In this document: piece by piece, positions 13,250 through 24,555 of the stretch
Numbering within the stretch: the first letter of the stretch is position 1
Layout of the letters: each line of letters starts with the position of its first letter
Origin: Octopus bimaculoides
Lineage: Eukaryota
Direction: 5' to 3'
Length of the DNA stretch: 64,000 nt
NCBI RefSeq assembly: GCF_001194135.2
Contig: NC_068982.1
Coordinates: 99,075,021 to 99,139,020, forward strand
Notes under the pieces: generated by a model
Seen by the model: only the letters and a program-made list of their open reading frames with translations
What the model was told of the DNA's origin: nothing
The model's database searches: none
Translations under genes and position numbers: made by a program

Positions 13250-13731
13250 NNNNNNNNNNNNNNNNNNNNNNNNNNNNNNNNNNNNNNNNNNNNNNNNNNN
13301 NNNNNNNNNNNNNNNNNNNNNNNNNNNNNNNNNNNNNNNNNNNNNNNNNNNNNNNNNNNNNNNNNNNNNNNNNNNNNNNNNNNNNNNNNNNNNNNNNNNN
13401 NNNNNNNNNNNNNNNNNNNNNNNNNNNNNNNNNNNNNNNNNNNNNNNNNNNNNNNNNNNNNNNNNNNNNNNNNNNNNNNNNNNNNNNNNNNNNNNNNNNN
13501 NNNNNNNNNNNNNNNNNNNNNNNNNNNNNNNNNNNNNNNNNNNNNNNNNNNNNNNNNNNNNNNNNNNNNNNNNNNNNNNNNNNNNNNNNNNNNNNNNNNN
13601 NNNNNNNNNNNNNNNNNNNNNNNNNNNNNNNNNNNNNNNNNNNNNNNNNNNNNNNNNNNNNNNNNNNNNNNNNNNNNNNNNNNNNNNNNNNNNNNNNNNN
13701 NNNNNNNNNNNNNNNNNNNNNNNNNNNNNNN
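13250..13731. other. Assembly gap (482 N)
   Basis: Run of N next to a (TA/CA)n microsatellite. Confidence 1.
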
Positions 13732-13766
13732 TATACATATATATATACATACACATATATACATAC

Positions 13767-13801
<35 letters not shown>

Positions 13802-13882
13802 CATACACACATATACATATATATACATACACACATACATATATATACATACACACATACATATATATACATACACACATAT

Positions 13883-13929
<47 letters not shown>

Positions 13930-14090
13930 CATATGTATATATACATATATATGTGTATATACATATATATGTATATATGTATATATGTATATATACATTA
14001 TATATGTATATATATACATATACATGTATATGTAACATATATGTACACCTGTATATATATATATATAGAAACACACCCATATATAACATG
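13732..14090. repeat. Compound (TA)n/(CA)n microsatellite
   Basis: Direct reading. Confidence 0.95.
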
Positions 14091-14149
14091 AAACAATAAC
14101 CTGTATGTTAGTTTAATAAATACATAGCTTTATTCATACTTTCAGAACT

Positions 14150-15320
14150 GATTAAAAATATGTAATATTGATGAGAAAAATGGAAAAAAGTACAGAAGAA
14201 TCAATGAAACTTCATGTTTTTGTTAAACAAGTTTGATAAAATATAGAAAAATATTGAAATAGTACAACATTGAAACTTTTAGCAATTTGTGCACAGATGA
14301 GACAACAATGAATGAATAGAAAAATGTATATGTGCATATGTGATACGTATAGTGGGTGAGGTATATTTTAAAATTAGTTTGTAAACCTGCCTGTATTTAT
14401 GAAAAATTAAACACTGAGCTAAAATGTCACATTATAAGTAACAACTGCAGTTAAAAGTGTGCAACTCAAACTTTATAGCACCAGGCCATGTTTCAACAAT
14501 ATAGAATTATAAAGGAATTATAATTAGATTTCAGGAGGATTTTCAGATTTAAAAAAAAATTTCAATTGTTACTATAATTTCTTTGTAATAAAAATATATC
14601 CAACAATATTGGGTGTGAAATTTTTGAAGAAATTAATTGTCTGTTATACTGGCCAGCTAGTAAGTAACTTAATATTTTCTTGAATAGTTTTGGCATTCAA
14701 ACCAAGACATAAGAATACAGGAGTAGAAGGTGTAAACAAAATTTTTTGGCTGGCTAAAAGTCACATGGCATTATATATATATTGAATTATCAACTGAGTA
14801 GTTTTGGACTGATATAACATTGCAGTTCTCAAGATGATTGTTCTGAATTATTATGCTTATTCTCATATAGACATTATAAGCTAAATGTCTAGCACAAGTT
14901 GGACAGTTTTTGTGATAACATGTTATCCACTCTATTAACAAGTAAAAAGAATCAAAAGAAGCTGAAGGGGGAAGCAATTGTGTGTTTACTTTTTAGCTTT
15001 AAATGATGATAAACTGCTAGTAAAACACTCAAGATGTAGTTGATTGAATGAACTGCTTGATTATTTTATTGTATAGAATGAATATAGTGAGATAGGGAAT
15101 AGTTGAATAAAGTTAAAGTAATATCTCATGTGGAATATGTTGGAAAAAGTGAAATATAGTGAAAAGAAAGGAAAAATTGCACACATAATACAACTGAGAA
15201 AAGAGCAAAGCATGGTATATTAAAATCAAAACAAAAAGAAGCTCGATAAATAACAAAAAGCATGGAAACAAATTAGAGTTGTTAAAAATATTAAGTAAAA
15301 ATAAGCACAATAAAGCAAAA
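14150..15320 (+). mobile_element. Decayed LINE 3' portion (L1/Tx1-like), A-rich end
   Basis: Broken A-rich frames ending in aaataaaataaaataaaa near 15315-15330, on the same strand as the 10-12.5 kb remnants. No diagnostic motif was recovered. Confidence 0.3.
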
Positions 15321-15480
15321 TAAAATAAAACTGGGTGAACTAAATCAACTAATAGGCAAGCAGACAGACAGACACATTACATAAACCAAATCACCTCAAC
15401 CATGGAATCATAACAATATTAATTTACAATAGTAAGTAGGTGTAAGTAGCAAATAGTAGGCGTGGACCAGACTGCACTAC

Positions 15481-15576
15481 CTGAATGATATCGGTTGTCC
15501 TCTCGGGTGAGCCTTCGATGTGCTCTTCGCTGAGCGGCAGTCGAAGGACTTGGGGCGCTGGGACCTGCTGATGATG
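15481..15576 (-). CDS. DIP2: DIP2 coding exon following the DMAP1-binding exon; probably exon 3
   Basis: Strong acceptor (ttttattcttttcccactcag|) and donor CAG|gtagtg. The 96-nt, phase 1-1, GC-rich exon encodes (A)SSAGPSAPSPSTAAQRRAHRRLTREDNRYHS. This resembles the invertebrate DIP2 segment R..R..T..E.RYHS that precedes EAVQ..AL, and the recalled vertebrate exon 3 ends at the equivalent RYRS|D. It splices in frame to 56770-56841. Confidence 0.85.
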
Positions 15577-15999
15577 CTGAGTGGGAAAAGAATAAAAATA
15601 AACAAAAAAGTGAGGCCTGATAACATTTGGTCGTAAATTGGTGTTAGCCATGATGGCTATAAAAATAGAGGAAGAGAGAGAACGATGAAGGTAGGGATAA
15701 GGATACTAAGGTGGAGAAGAAAATGGAAGAGAGAGGAAGAAAATGTTCCTAAGTAAAACTTACTGATGTCTTTGCACCTATCATTTTTATTTAAAGTTAG
15801 ATATTCTTAACAATTCCTATAAATATATATATATTCCTGTAAAATATCAATTCTACTAAAATTCTAAATCTTCATTCTCATGACTTTTAAAAGAATTTTT
15901 GAGTTATTGAATTAATCAAAGGCTTTTAATTCTTTAATACTACTGAGCTAATTTGACCCCTCCCTCAAACAAAACAGGAAGCAGCTAAAAATGCAAGTA

Positions 16000-16850
16000 C
16001 CCAAAAATATCCAATAAGAACAAAAATATGCCTGCATGGCAAGATTTTAATGGTAGAAAATATGGAGAAAGAAGACCCTATAAAAAGAGGGAACCGAAAT
16101 GAAAAGGAAAAACTATTTGCTATGATACAGCTAAAGTAGTTTTCGAACTGAAGTAAGGAGTTCTATATTTACAGCTTAACAACAAACAGACTTTAGAAAT
16201 AGAGTATATTGTTCCCTTAATAATTTTACAGGGAATCTTTGCTGACTTTGCATTTTGAAAGTAAATTCCAGCAGAATATAAGATTTTGATAATTAATGAA
16301 TAATTATTTATATCAGAAGGATGTGACTAGCAATTTTAGATAATTAACAGTCACTGGAACTGCTAAATAATTGAGCAGTAATATGCAAACCAAAGTTGGT
16401 TAAGAATATAAAGATTATGAAATAGATAATAGTAAATTTTGCTGAGACTGAGTGGAAAGAAAATTTAGAAAAAGAATATAGAATAGTTGGAATAAATAAT
16501 GTAAAATGTTGGAGATTTCTAAATGATATGGAAAGAAGACTTTATGTTTTAGCCAAAATGAAATTCCTCTTATTTCAGCAACTACTTATGGGAATGATTT
16601 AAAATACAAGAATGAATAATGATTTGCTATGTTGTGAGAATGTTAAGTAATCACACAAAGCACAAATATAGCATGGGTAAGTGGACTTTTAACATAGCAA
16701 TTTTTGGTGGGGAGAGCAAAGTTTTGACAACCAAAAAATGCAGAAGATGATTTATCATGCATTTTGGGAATAACAGCATACAAGGATGGGGGAGCTGAGT
16801 TTAATAAATTATAAATAAAAATCTAGCAATTTTCAGTGATGCTATTAAAA
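16000..16850 (+). mobile_element. Decayed retroelement ORF fragment, copy 1 of an inverted pair
   Basis: 16777-16835 (…AYKDGGAEFNKL; gagctgagtttaataaattataaataaaaatctagcaattttca) matches the reverse complement of 18096-18154. Confidence 0.4.
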
Positions 16851-18059
16851 AATTGGAAAGATGTCCAACATCTCTACAGAATAAATACTTAGCTTCTGCT
16901 TGTACAGATATCAATATTGAGCTGTTTGTGATTTCATAAACTACATCAAGAAGAAATCATCAGATTCCAAACCTGATGTATGTATGTGTACAATTACAAA
17001 ACAAGTTATCTTTAATTGGAATACTGTGAAAGCTACAAAATTCTATTCATTCTAATTGATGGATTTTAATTAATTTATTCAAATTACTTAATTGTATGTA
17101 TATCCATTTGAAATAACTTTAATGATTTTTACAGAGGTTTGTTAATTAGTTTAACTGTGGCTAAATATATTAATAGTTACATTTACATCAACTAGGATTT
17201 TACATTTACATTAACTAGTTTTCTTTAAAACTTGCTCTTATTATAGTATGCTATTGGTTTAATTCATGAAGAAAATGTTATGGGATTGCAGAAGAAATAG
17301 ATTTGGTACAACATTAGTCCAACATAAAATTGTCATATTAGATTTTCATATATATATTCCATGAACATTGCAAACACTTTCAGTAAGAACAATAAACACA
17401 ATTTAAAAGATTAACAGTTAATAAAATATGTAAATGTTGATTTTAAAACATAAAAACAATCTGAAGATTTGTGTGGAAACAAAAACCGTGATAAACACAA
17501 ACAAGAAAAATGTGAAATATCGTGAAAAAATATCATTAGAAAGAAAACAAATTATCAATTGAAATACTGAATGGTTTTCAAATAACAATGCAAAAAAAAT
17601 AAAAAAAGAAACAGGTTATGTTTGTCTTTTATTTTTTTTATTTATAAAATTAGCTGTTAGTTAAAATCCAAAAACATAATGAGAGGGAGAGGAGGGAATG
17701 CATATGTAATTCATTTGAAGTTTAAAACAATATATTCTTTTATGAAAGGAAACAACAATGAACTAATAGGATTATTCAAATAATTCGCTTCATCAATTGT
17801 TGGTGTTGTTTAGTCCCAAATTAGCTCTGTTCAAAAGCATTCCAGCCACAACCATCATCCATCTTTTATGAGTATGTAAGGCTGCATTATCCAGTGTGCC
17901 TTTTCCTTTCCCAAGCTAGAAGGTTAGTATTTGAGATAGATTTGGTTAATATTTCTTGTACATCAAGTAACTATGTAGGAAATTATTATTGTTATGAGTT
18001 TTCTTCTTCCTTCAATTTTGCCTTCATTTCACCTTCATTTCTTGTCAAGCGACTTCCCG

Positions 18060-18900
18060 ACACCTAGGGCAAAATTCTAGATTTTTATTTATATTTGAAA
18101 ATTGCTAGATTTTTGTTCATAATTTATTAAACTCAGCTCCCTCATCTTTGTATACAACTAAAATAAATACACCAGATTGTTCAAACTCTTGTCTCAAAAA
18201 CCTTTGGATGACAATATTCACAGCAATATGCATAAATCTTATGACTAAATAAATAAAGATTATACTTCTTTCTTGCAAAGGATTCATATATCCTGACATT
18301 TACAAAAATTTATATTACCATTAAGTACAAGAAAAGATGGTTAAGCAAATTGCATTTTTAAGTTAGATTGTAAAAAAAAAAAAAAAAACACGAGTAAATC
18401 TAACATTGCTAGAAATAGTGAAGCATTAAGTGTAGAAATCAATTTGTCTTTAAACTAAATTGCAAATTATGGTATATCTTAAGCAAATAAATTGCATTAA
18501 CTATATCAGGATAAAACTGAGTAGAACACAATTTGGCTTTAACCTTCTTGTTATATTTCAACAGAAATAGGCTGCCTTTGTTTCAATTAATTTTGAAAAT
18601 AATGAAGAATTTAGCAAAATAACTTTGTCATTACACTAGCATTTCAAATATTAAATTAATATGGAACTTTAATGGAAGGTTTCAATTCATAGCACTTTAA
18701 AAGAAGAAACTTGCATCAGAGAACATGGGACAATCTCAGATAATTTGGTATCAAAAAGCAACAGTTGTTTGCATGAGCAACTGACATGAAGTTTTTTCAT
18801 AAAGACTCTTAAAAATTAAATTCCAGAGTGGTTTCCAGAATGTTTGATTGAGAAAAAGAAGAAAGCAAGTTAACCACAGAAATTAATGAAACTCAGACCA
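18060..18900 (-). mobile_element. Decayed retroelement ORF fragment, copy 2 of an inverted pair
   Basis: ORF 18117-18299 ends VVYKDEGAEFNKL and is homologous at DNA level to 16777-16835. The outer boundary is approximate. Confidence 0.4.
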
Positions 18901-21159
18901 ACAGAATTGGTTCTTTTTAAGAAACATGCATTGCTATGATAAAATAGATCTCTGATATTTACTGACATACCAACACAGCAACTGCTATATGTCTTTGACA
19001 GCTTCTGATTGTTCAAGAATTAGAACATTGAAAGTTTGCATTAGAAATTAAGGTTTTAAATTCAAAGCATTCTAAAGATGTGCATGTGTAGACATATGGC
19101 ACTTGAAAATAACAGTAAAACATACATACTAAAATTCAGAAAATGTATTTTAGCAATCAGTACTTTAACAAGAAAACATCTCTAATAGTGTGGAAAATTC
19201 TATGTAGTTTATGTTTACATTTGTTTAGAAATGATTGCAGTAGTTAATATCTGTTTTCCATTTGCACTAAAAAAAGATATGAAAAGTAGTTCTTAGAATC
19301 TAATTTTAAAAGAAATAAAATAAAATTACTATATCCAATTTACTTTTAGTAATAAATGCTGAAATTATTTTAAAGTGTGGAGTTAAAATTGAAAACAAAA
19401 AAAAAATAACATTCTAAATATAAAAATGAAAAATTATTCTCTAACCCTTGTTTCATTGTCTTAATTACAAAACAAATAATTACAGAAATCAATTGTAGAA
19501 AATTTTTTTTAAATATTATATTGTCTTGAAGATCTATATGAGGTGATGGTAACATATATACCATTTATATTGCCCTGCTAGCACTACGTTTAGAGAGAAA
19601 AAATTATTCCTTTATGAGCTGATGTATCTACTAAAGCACTGAAATCATTTAGAGGATTTGGTAATGTCTTTTTATATTCTGAGGTCAACTTTGCCTTTCA
19701 AGAGTCAATTAAATAAGTACCAGTCAAATAGCAAGAAAAAAAAAGGGCCATCCTGCAATATAACAATATCCACTTCTTCCCCATTCAAAAATGTGTGACA
19801 GTGTGTTGAAGTTAGAAATCACTCTTTTTATAAACTGGAGTTATAATGGACAAGAGAAAAAGAAGAGCAAGCATGCGCATGTACACACACACACGCACAC
19901 TGTACCAATAAGGAAACTTGCATACATATAACTCATACACATATGCATAGTTTCATATACTGATTTACACACTTATTTTTATTATCAAAAGATAAATAGC
20001 CTTTACTTAAGTTCAAAAGAACGTCACAGAAAATTCATTAGCCATGTCGAGATGTTCTCTAAACTCTATGTATTTACAGCGAATTATTCTTCAATAACTA
20101 TCACTGTTATATGAGCCATGTATTGCTGCTTTCACACTTACTCAACAAAACTGATATGCACAAAACTTTCTTAGATAATCCAAATAAACACATCCATTAA
20201 GCAATTCTTGACATAAAATTTGAGTCCTCAATGTGTTACAAGTGTTTCAATTCAGAACACTTGTGTTCATCTTAATTCAAATAGAACTTCAAGCAAAGCA
20301 CCAAAACTTTGTAGTTACCACTGGCATAGTGCTGAGTGTGTAGATCACACTAGGTAGCCACTTTATATACATGTTTGCTGTAGATGAAGGTATGTAACAT
20401 TTAATGAAGGGGCAACCAATTTAGCTACTGCACAAGACAATCCAAACACACACCACACCACTAATAGCCACATCTATCATTAAAAAAACAATTCCTTTTT
20501 ATACACACTGTTACCCTGATTCCCAACCCTTCAATTATTCTTTGTAAGAGACATTTTAGACAAACTTTCATAACATATATAAAGCACTTTACTTTTACTG
20601 GGGTCAGCAATCCTGCTTTATTGGGATAGTGTGCACCTTGTGAAAACCAGCCCATCACAGAAAAACTGACTTCTAAAAGCACTACATATATATATATATA
20701 TTATATGCCTAATTATGTGTGTATAAATGAGTGCATGTATGTGTATGTATATATATATTTGGCTTTGTATAAACATATCTGTTTGTGTATGTATATAAGA
20801 GCTCAATCAATCACTCCCACATCTCCCCACTGCAACTCTTTATCCTTTCCCTTTTGCCTACATACCTCCTTCTCTCCCAGTTCTGCTATCTCTTCCCCTA
20901 TACACTCTTGCAAAGCCTCATCTACTATTCCTCCTACATAGTATCACCAGGACATCATTATCATTATATCTATCTCTTCAGAGATACTACCAATTCATTC
21001 CCATTCTCTCTTCTGAATGTGAGTGGCCATCTAGCTTCTTCTACAACAACCTGCTGTAACTCAACCTCTTCCCTTATACCTTAACCTCCATCTAACATAA
21101 GGATGCAGTGCTTCCTCTCCTGAGTTTTGTAGATTTGTGAGCTACATGTCCTGTACATA

Positions 21160-21161
<2 letters not shown>

Positions 21162-21236
<75 letters not shown>

Positions 21237-21240
21237 GCAT
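21162..21240. repeat. (TA)n(CA)n microsatellite
   Basis: Direct reading. Confidence 0.95.
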
Positions 21241-21287
21241 ACATGGCAAATGGAAGATGGAATATACGAGAATTTATTATTAATCAT

Positions 21288-21383
21288 GACAATTGTTTCG
21301 ACACATCTAGTATTGATCCCTCGCAAATGGGACACTCAGCAACTGGTTCAGGAGTATCCAGCGGTGCAGATGTATCTCATCAG
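21288..21383 (-). ncRNA. Hammerhead-ribozyme-like motif (core, stem II and palindromic stem III; stem I not evident)
   Basis: Minus strand: CTGATGA (21383-21377), gatacatct, a 59-nt insert, agatgtgtc (9-bp stem II with one G-U), GAAAC, AATT, GTC (21290-21288). The insert contains the hairpin ggatactc/gagtgtcc. Confidence 0.5.
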
Positions 21384-21457
21384 GAGAGAAACTTGTAAAA
21401 ATAACAGTTCCACAATGTAAGTTCTTGTTTTGTAGAAAGAAAAACATCTAGACAGAG

Positions 21458-21620
21458 GAAATATCTTCATTTACATAGAAGATCAAAAATAAAATCACAG
21501 ATGGAAAAAAGAGAAATGAACGTGCAATACAGTGAGAAAAGTATTAAAAAATATTGGGTGTTCATTTCTTTTTTTTCCATCTGTGATTTTATTTTTGATC
21601 AATGTAAATGAAGATATTTC
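21458..21620. repeat. Long inverted repeat (64/61-bp arms, 38-nt loop)
   Basis: 21458-21521 (gaaatatcttcatttaca-tagaa-gatcaaaaataaaatcacagatggaaaaaagagaaatgaac) is the reverse complement of 21560-21620, except for one small internal loop and one G-U pair. Confidence 0.9.
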
Positions 21621-21949
21621 TCCATCTGGTTGCTTTTAGTAAAGCGAATGTGTATTTGCAAGCTGATTTAATTTCTGCCAACACTGACTTCAAGTATGTA
21701 ATTTCAGCCAATAACTCAGGCTCCTTTTATTGAGCCTTGTCGCAGTTCATTTATTTTCGTCCAACATCTGGCAGTCGATTTGGAGGTACCCTGTGTCAAA
21801 AAATATCCTTCGTAGTAGACGCTCTCTTGACATCGTTCACACAAGCCTGACCCAGGCTCAGAAGTTACAGCCTGAGTTGTTATCTATAATTGTAAAAATC
21901 TAAATTCAATGTTTTCTTGAAACAATAACTTTCTATAGAGATTAGCCTT

Positions 21950-23070
21950 TAAGTTCCAATCTATGAAAAGTTTCCGTGAGCCATGAGTTAAGACTGAGTC
22001 TCAAAGTCATGGTCGTCACTGCAGAGCTTGTGTAGACAAAGGAATTGGGAATAGGGGAAGGAGAGCTTAGTGTGTTTAGGGTGGGAGGAGGAGAAGTTGA
22101 GGTATGAGTGTAAGTCAGTGTGTTCGTAGTGGATGGAGGTGGTGAGAGTGGAGTGATGAATGCTGACTGAAATATCAAGAAAGGAGACAGAAGTGTCAGA
22201 GATAGTGCAGGTGAAGTGGAGGGCAGGATGGAAAGATTTGACAAAAGCGAGGAAGGATACTAGATGTTTGTGGGAGAGTGAGGTTACACCGATACAGTCG
22301 TCAATATAATGGCTGTATAGTTCTGGAGTGGGACCAGCGAAACTTGAGAATATTTGGGCCTCAACATTGCCAACAAACAGATTTGTATAGTTGGGGCCCA
22401 TTCTCGTTTCCATGGCCACTCCAGAGACCTGCTGGTAAAAATCACCAGCGAACGAGAAGCAGTTGAGTGAGAGGACAAGTTTGGCCAGACGAATGAGCAT
22501 GGATGTGTCAGGTTGGGAGTTGGGTTGAAGGTCAAGGAAATGTTGGAGTGCACGCAGCATAAAGGCTCTGAATGTCCAGAGTGAAGCGAAGTTTAGAGAG
22601 GCCAGGAGGGAAGGAGAAAGAGTTGAACAAACGAAGCACATGATTAGTGTCATGGATGTGAGGGGAGGGAAGCCACTAGGGAGGCAAGGACATGGTCAAG
22701 ATATCTGGAGAGAAGTTAGGTGGGGCAGTTGCAGGCAGAGACAAGGGGTGGCCAGGGTTGTTAGGTTTGTGGATTTTGGAGAGGAAGTAAATTGTGGGGA
22801 TGCAGACAATGAGGTTGGAGGCCGTGGGGAGATACAGGAGGAGGAGATGAGGTCATGGATAGTGGAGGACACAGTCTGTTGCTAGCTGGGCATGGGGTCG
22901 GAGGGCAGAGGGCAGTAGAAGGAGGTGTCTTGAAGTTGGTTGAGAGCTTCTGCCTTGTAGAGGTCCATGCACCACACAACCACGGCTCCACCCTTGTCGG
23001 CCGGTTTTATGATAATGTCAGTGTGGTGTCAGAGACATCGAAGATGCAAGTGGAGTGTCACAGAAAAGTG
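21950..23070 (-). mobile_element. Penelope-like element (PLE) reverse-transcriptase fragment, frameshifted
   Basis: Motifs IIKPADKGGAVVVW, SHIHDTNH, SGVAMETRMGPNYTNLF, YIDD, FHPALHFT, VSFLDI and YLNFSSSHPKH…PYSQF are characteristic of PLE RT. No GIY-YIG domain follows on this strand. Confidence 0.9.
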
Positions 23071-23734
23071 CACACAACCTAACACAGCGCACAAAGCTGT
23101 GGATATTGGCACGTGTCTGGAATTTCCTTGCTGGAAAATCAGTGTGTTTGTTTGTGGCGTTGTTAGCTAACTCCTACATTGCTTTAATGATTTCACATGG
23201 GTAGAGTTCACATCTGGAAACCTTGTGACATACTTTGATTGTTTAAAAAAAATCGATAATACGGTCCCTGGAAGGATTTTTATATCTACCTCATGTAATT
23301 AAGTTTTTTTTTTAAACATCCAAGGGAAATAATCCATAGCACTTGCACAATATTTGTTAAACACTCAAGGGAAATAACCCATAGCAGCTGCACTTACAGT
23401 TGTTAGTTTTTAGTGAAGCGATCAATATTTGATTCTCAAGATCAGCAGACCTAATTCTGCATTTCACTACTCAGTTTTCAACTGCTAAACCTTATTATTG
23501 CACTTTCTTGATGCCTGTACACTTTCAATGCTCATAACTCCAATAATTCTGCATTTTTGCAGTTAAAATTTTTCGATGACAGTACATAGATTTTTTTTAT
23601 TCCGGATTCAGTGGACCTAATTCTGCATTTCACTACTCACAGTTTCGATGACAGTACATAAATTTTTGATTCCAGTATGTATTTTATAAGTGTGTCCCGA
23701 TACAATGAACTCCTACTTTGAATGCTTAAAAAAT

Positions 23735-24430
23735 GAAATGGATTGTCTTTGCACAGGCGCCATCTGGACTCCTGTCTTCGCTGTGAGCAGGGATTAATCT
23801 TCGCTCTTTGCTCCTTTGCGCCACATGGGCTCAACTCCCCTCCCCTCTTCATCTAACCCTCCTCCTCTCACACCTACTTCCTCCCACCAACCTCTCTTGC
23901 TCTGACACTTACTTCCTCTCTTCACTCCTACCCACCTTCTCCCTTCCTCATTACCCCACCCCTACACATTCCAACCCCACCATCCCTATACATCCCATCC
24001 CCACCCCATTCCTTAAATCCCACCCTTGCTTCCCCACACACCACCATACCGCATGACCCCACACACACTAGCACTGACCACTTCCCAGCACCCACACAGC
24101 TACACATGCACACACCAAGGTCACCAGCCCTCTTCCTCATGCACATACACAGGCACCTTCGTTTTGGGATCACCACTACTTTATTATTTCCCCTTCTTCC
24201 TAGCTCTCCTGTGTGACCCNNNNNNNNNNAGGCACCTTCGTTTTGGGATCACCACTACTTTATTATTTCCCCTTCTTCCTAGCTCTCCTGTGTGACCCCT
24301 CTGTCCGGCATTCACCATGATAGATCGCTAGCCACTAAAACTTTTTTTGATTTTCTCTCCCTGTTTATTTCTGTGTTCCTTTCTTTCAAAAAGCATAGTC
24401 TCGAAAAATAAAAGACTTTCTCAATTCTTG
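23735..24430 (+). mobile_element. PLE 3' end (GIY-YIG C-terminus and pyrimidine-rich 3' region)
   Basis: The plus strand encodes RCEQGLIFALCSFAPHGLN (GIY-YIG terminal EQ.LIF.LG.L.P.GLN-like), followed by a long C/T-rich tract. Confidence 0.6.
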
Positions 24431-24495
24431 AGCATTAAACTAATACATCTGTTTGTTGTTTACACACCCGTCTTCGTCTTTTGTTTTTTTGTAAA

Positions 24496-24555
<60 letters not shown>

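Noticed and set aside
13171-14091. 250-300 aa ORFs in five frames
   Set aside because: They are artefacts of an N gap plus a TA/CA microsatellite.
24151-24298. 69-bp tandem duplication
   Set aside because: The copies directly flank a 10-N gap, so this is most likely an unmerged contig overlap.
24380-24420. Possible degenerate hammerhead at the PLE 3' end (…caaaaagcatagtctcgaaaaat…)
   Set aside because: The CUGANGA box and cleavage triplet are absent. Other CTGANGA hits checked (near 2547, 3895, 5055, 8388, 9688, 15570, 16960, 17461) lack a stem II closed by GAAA plus stem III.
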